64,000 nucleotides of DNA, taken from positions 81,124 through 145,123 of the forward strand of contig CAWIPK010000007.1 of the NCBI GenBank assembly GCA_963837925.1, written 5' to 3'. The notes beneath the pieces are model-generated. The model saw only the letters and a list, made by a program, of their open reading frames with translations. It was not told the origin of the DNA and did no database searches. The position numbers and the translations under genes were made by a program. Below, in pieces: positions 18,813-27,457 of this stretch (positions are counted from its first letter, which is position 1; the number at the start of each line of letters is the position of its first letter). The DNA is from an uncultured Chloroflexia bacterium (GTDB taxonomy: Bacteria; Chloroflexota; Anaerolineae; CG2-30-64-16).

Positions 18813-19211
18813 ATGTCCGAGGTGGCGAGTTGGGACGACCTGCACTGGGACGAGCGCGGCCTGATACCGGCGGTCGTGCAGGACGACGAGACCGAGCAAG
18901 TGCTGATGGTGGCCTGGATGGATCGGAAGGCCCTGAAACTGACGCTAGCGACCGACGAGACCCATTTCTGGAGCCGCAGTCGCGGCGCGCCATGGCACAA
19001 GGGAGCCACGTCGGGCAATACCCAGCGTGTGACCGCCATCAAGGTGGACTGCGACGGGGACACGTTGCTCGTCCGTGCGCACCCCGCCGGGCCAGCCTGC
19101 CATACGGGAGCGACAAGCTGTTTCTACCGATCGCTGGCAGAGCCGGCTGAACCGGTCCAGGGTTCGCCTGCCGGCGCCGGGCCGGCCGGCCAAGGAGGGC
19201 GCGGTGACTGA
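18813..19211 (+). CDS. hisI: Phosphoribosyl-AMP cyclohydrolase (stand-alone)
   Basis: [26 protein letters not shown] and [18 protein letters not shown] at 18813 follows GGAGGA. Confidence 0.9.
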   Translation: MSEVASWDDLHWDERGLIPAVVQDDETEQVLMVAWMDRKALKLTLATDETHFWSRSRGAPWHKGATSGNTQRVTAIKVDCDGDTLLVRAHPAGPACHTGATSCFYRSLAEPAEPVQGSPAGAGPAGQGGRGD

Positions 19212-19497
19212 TGGGAAAGTGGACGTGTTGGCCCAGCTCGGGCGAACGATTGAGGAACGCAAGCTCAACGCCCCGGCCGGCTCGTATACCGCCGGGCTGT
19301 TCGCGGCCGGACTACCGCGTATCGCCCAGAAAGTGGGCGAAGAGGCCGTCGAGGTCGTCGTGGCGAGCCTCAGCCAGGATGACTCCCACCTGCTGGCCGA
19401 GATGGCCGACCTGGTGTACCATGCCTTGGTGCTCCTGGCGGCGCGAAACCTCACTTGGGACCAGGTCGAAGCCGAGCTGGCACGCCGCTTCAAGTAG
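19204..19497 (+). CDS. hisE: Phosphoribosyl-ATP pyrophosphatase (stand-alone)
   Basis: [41 protein letters not shown] at 19204 lies 7 nt after AAGGAGGG and overlaps the hisI stop by 8 nt. Confidence 0.85.
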   Translation: MTDGKVDVLAQLGRTIEERKLNAPAGSYTAGLFAAGLPRIAQKVGEEAVEVVVASLSQDDSHLLAEMADLVYHALVLLAARNLTWDQVEAELARRFK

Positions 19498-19573
19498 CGG
19501 CCCTCGACGAGTGGCGATGCGGCGCAGCGGTGCGGCACGCGGCGATGCGACACGTTGGCGCGCTGCGCGCATG

Positions 19574-19604
19574 GAAACGCCCCGGCTGGCAGTCGGGGCG
19601 TTTC
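19574..19604. terminator. Hairpin between convergent hisE and a receiver gene (GAAACGCCCCG / CGGGGCGTTTC)
   Basis: An 11-bp perfect stem with a 9-nt loop. It is flanked by A/T runs that form part of the stem, so it could serve both strands. Confidence 0.5.
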
Positions 19605-19639
19605 AGTTGCAGCAGGAGCGGTTCCTCAGATTGCCTGCG

Positions 19640-20023
19640 CTAACTTCGGGGTTGTCCCAGGACCGATTGCACCGTGGAACGGAGCTCGGCGAGGCTGAAG
19701 GGTTTCGTGATGTAGCCGTCCGCCCGTGGTGGCCTGCGGCCGGTCCGGTCGTTCGGGACGCGCGCGGTCACCAAGATCACGGGCAATTGCCTGAGCCGGG
19801 CATCGGCTTGCATGGCTTCCGTCACCTGCCAGCCATCCCAGCCGGGCAGCATCAGGTCCATGAGCACAAGATCGAGACGCGAACGACGCATTACGTCGAG
19901 GGCCTGCGGGCCATCGGTGACGCCCAAGACGTCACAGCCGAGACGACGCAGCGCCAATTGCACCAGCTCGATCATTTCAGGTTGATCTTCGATGTAGAGT
20001 ATCGTGTAGGGCTTGTCAGTCAT
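19640..20023 (-). CDS. Single-domain (CheY-like) response regulator
   Basis: Canonical receiver residues: ILYIEDQ, acceptor in LVLMDLMLPG, VILVTA and YITKPF. Confidence 0.85.
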   Translation of the reverse strand: MTDKPYTILYIEDQPEMIELVQLALRRLGCDVLGVTDGPQALDVMRRSRLDLVLMDLMLPGWDGWQVTEAMQADARLRQLPVILVTARVPNDRTGRRPPRADGYITKPFSLAELRSTVQSVLGQPRS

Positions 20024-20098
20024 ATCTGGCTTTCATGACGTTGAAAGCGAGCGTAAGTTACGCAATAATAAGCTCACATTCGCCCAGCGGCGGCAAAT

Positions 20099-20127
20099 AT
20101 GAAATGCCGGTGAGCATAAGCTATAAT
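20099..20127 (+). promoter_or_regulatory. Possible promoter upstream of trmI (ATGAAA, 17-nt spacer, TATAAT)
   Basis: An exact TATAAT at 20122-20127 in an intergenic region, with a weak -35. Confidence 0.3.
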
Positions 20128-20172
20128 CGGGACAGATTCGGCCCGATCGAACCCCACCGATGAGGTAACTGG

Positions 20173-21207
20173 ATGTCTATTGCCCGCGCCGGAGACTTGG
20201 TGCTCTTGATCAGCCCGGAACACAAGCGTTATCTAGTCAAGCTGCAAGCGGGCGGAAGTTGGTTCTCCCACCGGGGAAGCATCGACCACGACGCACTTAT
20301 CGGCCGGCCTTTGGGCCGCACCGTCAGCACCCAGCATGGCTACGCTTACTTGGCGCTGGAACCCTCGACCAACGACCTGATCCAGGACATGCCGCGCACC
20401 ACGCAGATCATCTACGGTAAGGACGCGGCCCAGATTGTCTTGCGCCTGAACCTGTACCCCGGCCGGCGCATCGTCGAGGCCGGCACCGGCAGCGGAGGCC
20501 TGACTCTGCTGCTTGCCCGCACAGTGATGCCGACAGGCCACGTGTACAGCTACGAAACGCGCCCCGAAAGCTACGCCATGGCGCAGGCAAACCTGGTCGA
20601 GCTGGGAGTCGAACCGTACGTCACGCTCTATAACGAAGACATCAGCGGCGGCTTCCACGAGACCGATCTGGACGCCTGCTTCCTGGACGTGCGCGAGCCC
20701 TGGTCGTACCTCGATCAGGCGTGGGCGACACTCAAGGGCAGCGGCTTCTTCGGCGCGCTGCTGCCCACCGCTAACCAGGTCAGCGAGCTGCTCAGCGGCC
20801 TGGAAGCGCGGCCCTTCGGCGACATTGCCGTCGAGGAGGTTCTCATCCGGCCCTGGAAGCCGGTCCCGGCCCGCCTGCGCCCGGCGGATCGCATGCTGGC
20901 GCACAGCGCCTTCCTGATCTTCGCACGCAAGATCGCGCGCGACGACCCATCGTTGAAGCTGAGTTGGATGCCGGAAAAGAAGCGGCGCGCCTACCTGGCC
21001 AAGCAGGTCATGGCGCAGCGCGAGGCTGCTCGCGCCGGCGAACCGCCCGCAGGTCCGGAGTCTCAGGCGATGGACGTGGCCGACGAGAGCCACGAGGGCC
21101 ACGAGTGCCACGAAAGCCACCCGGACCGCGAAGGCGACGAGGGCAGCGCGCCCGACCAGTCGGGCCGCTCTGACGGCGCCGGCGAACTCGACGCGTTTCC
21201 GGACTGA
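20173..21207 (+). CDS. trmI: tRNA (adenine-N1)-methyltransferase (TrmI/Gcd14 family) with a His/Glu/Cys-rich C-terminal tail
   Basis: GDLVLL....KRYLVKL, TQIIYGKDAA and the SAM motif IVEAGTGSGGLTLLLAR. About 80 extra C-terminal residues include ESHEGHECHESH. Confidence 0.85.
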   Translation: MSIARAGDLVLLISPEHKRYLVKLQAGGSWFSHRGSIDHDALIGRPLGRTVSTQHGYAYLALEPSTNDLIQDMPRTTQIIYGKDAAQIVLRLNLYPGRRIVEAGTGSGGLTLLLARTVMPTGHVYSYETRPESYAMAQANLVELGVEPYVTLYNEDISGGFHETDLDACFLDVREPWSYLDQAWATLKGSGFFGALLPTANQVSELLSGLEARPFGDIAVEEVLIRPWKPVPARLRPADRMLAHSAFLIFARKIARDDPSLKLSWMPEKKRRAYLAKQVMAQREAARAGEPPAGPESQAMDVADESHEGHECHESHPDREGDEGSAPDQSGRSDGAGELDAFPD

Positions 21208-22230
21208 CTAGCGCCGGCGGACGATGGTCAAGGCTGCGCCCAGCAGCCCCGCGCCGCCCAGCGCTCCCAGCCCTCCCCAGAGAAGCGCCTGCAGGGCGCC
21301 CACGGCTCCCGCTGCTGGGGGCGCGGCCGCCCGGGCACGCCCAGCCGCCTCGAGGGTCGCCGTCGGCCGCAGCGGCAACGTGGCGGTGGCAGTCGGTTCA
21401 GGCGTGAATGTCTGCGTAGGCGTGGGCGTATCTGTCGGCGTGGCCGTGACCGTCGGCGTCGGGGTCGGCAGGGCCGTGCTGGTGGCGGTGGCCGTCGGCG
21501 ACGCGCTCGGCCGGGATGTCGGCGAAGGTTGCACGACCGCGACGACGACGGCCGGAACGGCTGTTGGGATGGCTGTCGGAGCCGCCGTCGGCGGCGGAGG
21601 CGGCGCGTCGGGATCGACGTAAAGCCCCAGGGCATCGGCGAAGAACCAGTTAGGCGGCGCCGAGTAATTGTGGTCCACGTCGAGAAAAACGGTGACCGTC
21701 GAACTGCGAGCCACAGCGCTGACGTCGATGTTCTCGGGCGCAGGCGGCGGGTAGTTCATGATTCTGCCCTCGCCACGCCAAAACTGCGACCAGACGACGT
21801 TGGCCGAGTTGGGGTCCGTGCCGCCGGTCGGGTCAATTCCCAGCCGCCGGCCAAACGAGGCATAACCGCTGCCCACTGCCCAGCCGATCGAAGCCTTGTA
21901 GGCTACACCTGGCTGCAGGCCACCCACCTGCGTGTAGATGCCGGCGTGAAACGTCCCGCCATCTGACCACATGCGCAGGCTCGGCGCACCCCAGGTCGTG
22001 TCGCTCGCCTGGCTGAAGTCCAGGTCGCCGGAAAGCACGTAGGCCTGGAAATCCTGAGGAAGTTGGCGAGGTGGAGAGCCCGACCAGCCGTTGAAGTTGC
22101 AGTTTGGGATCAGGTTGCCGGGGTCACACCCGTGCTGCGCGATCACCGAATCGGCGACCATCAGGACACCAAACATCGCGAGCAGAGCGAGCGCGGCCAG
22201 ACGGCGCGTGCGTATGTGAGGGGCTGGCAT
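21208..22230 (-). CDS. Secreted/anchored hypothetical protein (signal peptide, globular domain, Pro/Thr-rich linker, C-terminal TM helix + RRR)
   Basis: N-terminal RRLAALALLAMFGVLMV, a PT-rich segment of about 90 aa, and a C-terminal GGLGALGGAGLLGAALTIVRRR. I could not recognise a family. Confidence 0.6.
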   Translation of the reverse strand: MPAPHIRTRRLAALALLAMFGVLMVADSVIAQHGCDPGNLIPNCNFNGWSGSPPRQLPQDFQAYVLSGDLDFSQASDTTWGAPSLRMWSDGGTFHAGIYTQVGGLQPGVAYKASIGWAVGSGYASFGRRLGIDPTGGTDPNSANVVWSQFWRGEGRIMNYPPPAPENIDVSAVARSSTVTVFLDVDHNYSAPPNWFFADALGLYVDPDAPPPPPTAAPTAIPTAVPAVVVAVVQPSPTSRPSASPTATATSTALPTPTPTVTATPTDTPTPTQTFTPEPTATATLPLRPTATLEAAGRARAAAPPAAGAVGALQALLWGGLGALGGAGLLGAALTIVRRR

Positions 22231-22269
22231 GGCGGTAGTATATCCGAAGGAGCCACGAGTGTCAAAAGG

Positions 22270-22309
22270 AGCTCGGCCAATTGGAAGCCGGCTTCCAGTT
22301 GGCCGAGCT
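22270..22309. repeat. 40-bp near-perfect palindrome (AGCTCGGCCAATTGGAAGCC|GGCTTCCAGTTGGCCGAGCT)
   Basis: 20+20 nt inverted repeat with a single G:T position. It lies in the divergent intergenic region between 22230 (minus gene) and 22415 (plus gene). Confidence 0.85.
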
Positions 22310-22351
22310 GCGGGACCTGCCCGTCACCCTTCGTGCATTTCACGGTCAGTG

Positions 22352-22360
22352 TGCTATCAT
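22352..22360 (+). promoter_or_regulatory. Extended -10 element TGcTATCAT upstream of the ABC substrate-binding protein gene
   Basis: TGnTATCAT lies about 55 nt upstream of the ATG at 22415. Confidence 0.4.
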
Positions 22361-22414
22361 GATGCATATTCGCGATTAGCTTCTAATTTAGGGGTCAGAA
22401 AGCTGAAAGGTTGC

Positions 22415-24121
22415 ATGAAAGATCGTGCCGTTTTCCCAGGGCTGATTGCCGTCCTGTTGGTTCTCGCCGGCTGCGTGCGGGCCCCATCTGCCACCTCCGC
22501 CCCACCGGCCGCCGTCCCCACGGGGCCGGCGGCAGCGGCAGCTAACCCGACCAGTGACGGGGAGGCCACCGGCGCCACCGCGGGTGCCGCCGAGGGGACC
22601 GGCCCGCTGGCAGGCGGCGTGCTGCACTACGGCCTGACGCTGGTCCCGTCTGGCATCGATCCGCAGATCAACGCCAGCTCGGAGCTGGGCATCCCGTTGA
22701 GCAGCGTCTACGACACACTCGTGGCGCAAGACAAAGCCGGCCAGTTCCATCCGGACCTGGCGACCAGTTGGGCCATCAGCCCGGACGGTCTGACCTATAC
22801 CTTCGAGCTGCGCCAGGACGTAAAATTCCAGGACGGCACGCCCTTCAATGCCGATGCAGTGGTGCGCAACTTGCAGCGCGTCGCCGATCCGGCCACCCAG
22901 TCGCAGAAGGCTGTCTTCCTGCTCGGACCATTCGATCATTCCGAAGCGGAGGGCGCCTACACGGTCAAGCTGGTCCTCAAGCAACCCTATGCGCCACTCC
23001 TCGACGGCTTGAGCCAGGTATACCTGGGGATGGCCTCGCCGGCGGCGCTGAACAAGTGGGGCGACCAGTACCAGTTCCACCAGGTCGGCACCGGTCCCTT
23101 CCGCATGACCTCGTACCAACAGGGCCAACTGCTGGTGCTCGAGCGCAACCCGGACTACAACTGGGCGCCGGACATCCGCGACCACCAGGGCCCGGCCTAC
23201 CTCGACCGGATCGAGTTTCGCTTCTACGCCGACCCCGCCACTCGCTTGCCGGCGCTGCTGTCCGGGCAGGCGGATGTGATGGGCGAGCTGCCGGCGCAGG
23301 ACGCCGCCCAGGTCGGTGCCAACCCGGCCTATCGGCTGACACCCGTCGCCATTCCCGGACAGCCGGTGCAGTTCTTTCTGAACACCCGTCTCGCCCCCAG
23401 CGACGAGTTGCGGGTGCGCCAGGCTCTGCTCTACGGCACGGACCGGGCAGCGCTGGTCAAGGCCGTCTTCGGCCCCACATCGCCGGTAGCCAGCGGCCCA
23501 TTAGCCGCCGTCACGCGCGGGGCCGACCCCGCCCTGGCGCAGCTCTATCCCTACGATCCTCAGAAAGCGGCGGCCCTGCTCGCCGCAGCCGGCTGGACGG
23601 GCAAGGACCAGGACGGGATCCTCACCCGACAGGGACAGCGCCTGGCCCTGCGGGGCGTGCTGGAGTCCTGGGGCGAACTGACAAAGATCGGCACCATCTT
23701 GCAGGCCCAATGGAGGCAATTGGGGATTGACGTGCAATGGGAGACCATGAGCTACCCGGCCGCGCTGGAGGCAGGACGCAAGGGCAGCGACAACCTGGTC
23801 CCTTCGGTCTTCTCCGGCACCGATCCCGACTTGCTGCGCACCTACTTCGACAGCAGCCAGTTGAACGGCTTCAACTGGGCCCAGGTCAGCGACCCGCAGG
23901 TGGACGCCTGGCTGGAGGAGGCCGCGCGCGCCACCGATTGGGCGCAGCGCGCGCCCTGGTATGCTAAGGTTCAGCAGCGGATCATGGAGCAGGCCTGGAT
24001 CCTGCCGATCCGGGACCAGGTCAATCTTAACGCCGCCTCGCTGCGCGTTCAAGGCCTGACCTTCGACGTCCAGGGTTGGTGGCCCGTCTTGTATGACGTC
24101 TCCGTTGTCAGCACCCGGTAG
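22415..24121 (+). CDS. ABC transporter substrate-binding lipoprotein, family 5 (peptide/nickel type)
   Basis: Lipobox LVLAGC after MKDRAVFPGLIAVL. Family-5 SBP pattern throughout (DPQ.., LV..D, ERNPDYW-like ERNPDYNW). Confidence 0.9.
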   Translation: MKDRAVFPGLIAVLLVLAGCVRAPSATSAPPAAVPTGPAAAAANPTSDGEATGATAGAAEGTGPLAGGVLHYGLTLVPSGIDPQINASSELGIPLSSVYDTLVAQDKAGQFHPDLATSWAISPDGLTYTFELRQDVKFQDGTPFNADAVVRNLQRVADPATQSQKAVFLLGPFDHSEAEGAYTVKLVLKQPYAPLLDGLSQVYLGMASPAALNKWGDQYQFHQVGTGPFRMTSYQQGQLLVLERNPDYNWAPDIRDHQGPAYLDRIEFRFYADPATRLPALLSGQADVMGELPAQDAAQVGANPAYRLTPVAIPGQPVQFFLNTRLAPSDELRVRQALLYGTDRAALVKAVFGPTSPVASGPLAAVTRGADPALAQLYPYDPQKAAALLAAAGWTGKDQDGILTRQGQRLALRGVLESWGELTKIGTILQAQWRQLGIDVQWETMSYPAALEAGRKGSDNLVPSVFSGTDPDLLRTYFDSSQLNGFNWAQVSDPQVDAWLEEAARATDWAQRAPWYAKVQQRIMEQAWILPIRDQVNLNAASLRVQGLTFDVQGWWPVLYDVSVVSTR

Positions 24122-24127
24122 GTGAGC

Positions 24128-25051
24128 ATGCTCTCCTACCTGCGCAGACGCCTGCTCGTGGCGGCTCTGACACTGCTGGGGATTGCCAGCGTGGTCTTCC
24201 TGCTGGTCAGGCTGCTGCCCGGCGACCCGGCCGAAACTATGCTCGCCCGTTCCGGCGCCTCGCCACAGGCGGTGGCCGCTCTCCGCAGCGAACTGGGTCT
24301 GGACAAGCCGCTGCCGGTGCAGTATGCGGACTGGCTGGGCCAGCTTCTGCACGGCAACCTCGGGCGCTCTCTCTACTACAACCGGCCTGTGACAGGGTTG
24401 ATAGGCGAGCAGTTTGCCTACACGCTACATCTCGCGCTGGCGGCGCTCGCCTGGGCCTGGCTGGCCGGTCCGGCGTTGGGCATTCTGGCCGCGCACTCGG
24501 CCGGGGGCTGGCCAGACAGGCTGGCAATGCTGGCGGCCGTCTTGGGCGCCACCGTGCCTGTCTTCTGGTCGGGCTTGCTGTTGATCTGGCTCTTCAGCGT
24601 CCGGTTGGGCTGGCTGCCGGCCACGGGCGCCGGAAGCTGGCAAGCGCTGCTCATGCCTTCGCTCGTCCTCGGGTTCGCGACCGCCGGGCCGCTGGCGCGC
24701 GTGGCCCGGGTCACGCTGCTGGACGTTCTGGCGCAGCCCTACGTGGTGGCTGCACGCGCCAAGGGACTCAGCGCTCGCGAGGTGCTGCTGCGCCATGCCC
24801 TGCGTAACGCGCTGGTCCCGTTGATCACCGTCTCCGGTCTGCAACTGAGTTTCCTGTTGGGCGGCACCTTTATCACCGAGACCGTATTCAGCCGGCCCGG
24901 CATCGGCAAGCTGCTGGTCGACGCGATCCTGAATCGCGACCTACCGGTCGTCCAGGGGGTCGCCTTGCTGGCGGCAGGCTTTTACGTGATCCTGAACCTG
25001 CTGGTAGACCTGGCGGCCGGATGGTTGAGCCCGCAAGCCGGGTGGCAATGA
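24128..25051 (+). CDS. ABC transporter permease (DppB/OppB-like)
   Basis: MLSYLRRRLLVA..LPGDPAE N-terminus, and the EAA-type loop ARAKGLSAREVLLRHALRNALVP. Confidence 0.9.
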   Translation: MLSYLRRRLLVAALTLLGIASVVFLLVRLLPGDPAETMLARSGASPQAVAALRSELGLDKPLPVQYADWLGQLLHGNLGRSLYYNRPVTGLIGEQFAYTLHLALAALAWAWLAGPALGILAAHSAGGWPDRLAMLAAVLGATVPVFWSGLLLIWLFSVRLGWLPATGAGSWQALLMPSLVLGFATAGPLARVARVTLLDVLAQPYVVAARAKGLSAREVLLRHALRNALVPLITVSGLQLSFLLGGTFITETVFSRPGIGKLLVDAILNRDLPVVQGVALLAAGFYVILNLLVDLAAGWLSPQAGWQ

Positions 25052-25964
25052 CGACACTTCACAGATCGCCCAGCGTCCTGTCGGCGGGCCCGGCGATGCC
25101 CGGTGTCCCTGGCCCGCCCCTGTCGCCGCTCCAACTGGTGGCGCAGCGCCTAGCACGACAGGCCGGCGCCTGGGCCGGCGCAGCGCTACTCGGCGCAGCC
25201 CTACTCGCCGCAGTGGCCGGTCCCTGGCTGGCCGCCTACCCGCCCGGCGAGCTCAACCTGGCCGCCCAGCTTCAAGCGCCCGGACGCTTGCACCCGGCAG
25301 GCACCGACTTCTACGGCCGCGATGTCACCAGCCGGTTGTTGTACGGCGCGCGCGCGCCACCTTGTCCACGGCAGGGCTGGCGGTGGCGGTGGGTCTCGTC
25401 GCCGGAACCGTCCTCGGGCTGCTGGCCGGATACAGCCGGGCCTGGCTGGGGCAAGCCTTCGTGGGCCTGATCGACCTGCTGCTGGCTTTCCCGGCGCTTC
25501 TGCTGGCACTCCTGGTCGTGGCGCTGCTCGGACCGGGCCTGCCCACCCTGGGCATCGCCGTTGGGATCGCCGGCATCCCCATTTACGCTCGCCTGGTGCG
25601 CAGCGTCGTCCTGACCGTGCGCTCGACCCCCTATGTGGAGGCGGCGCAGGCGTTGGGGGCGAGCACGGCTCGCATCTTGTTCCGCCACCTGCTACCGGCC
25701 GTGCTGGCTCCTGTTCTCGCCTGGACAACGCTCGACGCCGGCTGGGCCATCTTGAACGTGGCGGGCCTGGGCTTCCTCGGGCTGGGGGCGCCGCCCCCAC
25801 AGGCCGAGTGGGGACTGATGCTGTTCGAGGGCCGGGAGTTCCTGGGCGCCGCTCCCTGGGCCAGCAGCGCGCCCGGACTGGCGATCACGCTGACCGTGCT
25901 CGGCTCGACTCTTCTCGGCGATGCGCTCAGCGACGCGCTGCGGCCGCATGGCGGACAGAGGTAA
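25048..25964 (+). pseudogene. ABC transporter permease (DppC/OppC-like) interrupted by a frameshift in a (GC)6 tract
   Basis: The N-terminal part, ...HPAGTDFYGRDVTSRLLYGARA, is in frame 1 (ORF 25021-25470). The rest, LSTAGLAVAVGLVAGT...AAQALGASTARILFRHLLP..., is in frame 3 (ORF 25362-25964). Removing one GC from the tract at 25346-25357 restores YGARATLSTAG. ATGA overlap with the upstream permease. Confidence 0.8.
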
Positions 25965-26015
25965 CTTGACCGGCAGCGGAATATCGGGAAAATAGTGATA
26001 GGGAGAAGTGCATAA

Positions 26016-26570
26016 ATGGATTCCAGGCAGAACCGCTCGACCCTGATCACAGTCATCGTGGCCGTCGTCGCCCTCCTGCTCGGCTTTGGGGCCGGGACCA
26101 TGGCCGGCGGAGTTGCAGGCTACCTGATCGGCCAACGCGCCGCCCGACAGGTGCCGGCGGCGCTCTTCCAGCGCCTGACGCCGGGTCCCTTCGCACCCGT
26201 CCCACAGGTGACGCCAAGGGCCTTTCAGCCCGCGCCGCCCACCCCGGCGGCGCCGGAGGCTGCGCCGGGTCGGAGCGGCGGCGAGGTAATCGTCCAGGAG
26301 GTGGTGGCCGGCAGTCCAGCCGAGGCGGCCGGGTTGCGGGCGGGCGACGTCATCACCGCTATGGACAACGTACGCCTGGACGCAAATCACACCCTGGGCG
26401 ACCTGGTAGCCGCTCGCCGGCCCGGGGAACGGGTCACGCTGACGGTGCTGCGCGGGGGCCAGAGCCTTACGATCGCCGTGACCCTCGGCGAGCGCGCGGA
26501 CAACGGTAGGGGGGCCTACCTGGGCGTCCGCTACGTGGACGCGGCAGCCAGCCCACAGTCCACACCTTGA
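26016..26570 (+). CDS. Membrane-anchored PDZ-domain protein
   Basis: TM helix LITVIVAVVALLLGFGAG and PDZ block VIVQEVVAGSPAEAAGLRAGDVITAMDNVRL...GERVTLTVLRGG. Confidence 0.7.
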   Translation: MDSRQNRSTLITVIVAVVALLLGFGAGTMAGGVAGYLIGQRAARQVPAALFQRLTPGPFAPVPQVTPRAFQPAPPTPAAPEAAPGRSGGEVIVQEVVAGSPAEAAGLRAGDVITAMDNVRLDANHTLGDLVAARRPGERVTLTVLRGGQSLTIAVTLGERADNGRGAYLGVRYVDAAASPQSTP

Positions 26571-26614
26571 CGAGCGTGGATACCTGATTACCGACCGGCA
26601 GGTCCGTTTGTGGC

Positions 26615-26620
26615 TATAAT
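26615..26620 (+). promoter_or_regulatory. Possible -10 hexamer TATAAT upstream of sdhC
   Basis: An exact TATAAT about 36 nt upstream of the sdhC ATG. There is no convincing -35. Confidence 0.3.
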
Positions 26621-26655
26621 CGCAGACGCTGCCGATTTAAGGAAGGAGGAACGTC

Positions 26656-27057
26656 ATGGTCTCCGAAGGTTTGCGTAGCGTCGTCGAGGTCGCGCGTTAC
26701 CGCGGCCGGTTCGGGCAGTTGCAGTGGGCGCTGCATCGCTTGTCTGGCCTGGGAGTGGTTCTTTTCCTCTCGTTGCACGTACTGGACACGGCTAGTGTCT
26801 ACTTCGCGCCCTCAGCCTACATTTTCTTCGTCAACCTGTACAAGAACCCGTTTTTTGGGCTACTGGAAATTGGCCTGGCTGCAGCCGTGATCTATCACGC
26901 GATGAATGGGTTGCGGGTGACGATAATGGACTTTTGGCCGCAGCTATGGGTGAAGCAACCCCAGGCCCGCTTCCTGGTCTGGCTGGCTTTCGCGGTTCTC
27001 TGGATACCCACCGCGGTCGTGATGTTCCGGAACATCGTGTTACACGTCATCGGATAG
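26656..27057 (+). CDS. sdhC: Succinate dehydrogenase cytochrome b subunit
   Basis: Three-helix membrane protein (HRLSGLGVVLFLSLHVLD) directly preceding sdhD and sdhB. Strong AAGGAAGGAGGA RBS. Confidence 0.8.
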   Translation: MVSEGLRSVVEVARYRGRFGQLQWALHRLSGLGVVLFLSLHVLDTASVYFAPSAYIFFVNLYKNPFFGLLEIGLAAAVIYHAMNGLRVTIMDFWPQLWVKQPQARFLVWLAFAVLWIPTAVVMFRNIVLHVIG

Positions 27058-27073
27058 AGAGCAAGGAGGACAA

Positions 27074-27457
27074 ATGGCCACCACCGAACGTGCCCTGGGC
27101 TCGATGCCGCGCAACACCTGGGCAACCGCGAGCTGGGTGTTCATGCGTGTCTCTGCCCTGGCCCTGATCATTCTTACGTTGGGGCACTTCGCCATCCAAC
27201 ACGTCTTCAACGACGTCCACAACCTTAACCTGGCCTTCGTGTCCGCCCGCTGGTCGAACCTGGGCTGGCGCGTCTACGATGCCCTACTGCTCGGCCTGGG
27301 CTTGTCTCACGGTTTCAACGGCCTGCGCATCGTGCTCGACGACTACGTCACGAGCCCGTCCTGGAACCGCCTCGTGCGCTGGCTCATTTTGATTGTCGCC
27401 ACCGCACTCATCGTCATTGGCATGATCGCCGTCATCGGCGGCGTCAGGGGGGCGTGA
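27074..27457 (+). CDS. sdhD: Succinate dehydrogenase membrane anchor subunit
   Basis: Small three-helix protein between sdhC and sdhB. GTGA overlap with sdhB. Confidence 0.7.
   Translation: MATTERALGSMPRNTWATASWVFMRVSALALIILTLGHFAIQHVFNDVHNLNLAFVSARWSNLGWRVYDALLLGLGLSHGFNGLRIVLDDYVTSPSWNRLVRWLILIVATALIVIGMIAVIGGVRGA

Noticed and set aside
18813-19497. A possible frameshifted hisIE fusion gene, since the hisI and hisE parts are in different frames.
   Set aside because: The hisE part has its own GTG at 19204, preceded by AAGGAGGG at the correct spacing, and the hisI frame ends in a clean TGA 8 nt later. Two overlapping stand-alone genes is the simpler reading.
21208-21330. A PEP-CTERM, PGF-CTERM or LPXTG sorting signal at the C-terminus of the secreted protein.
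   Set aside because: No LPXTG-like pentapeptide is present, and the only PEP tripeptide lies about 45 residues upstream of the helix rather than directly preceding it. The signal is left unclassified.
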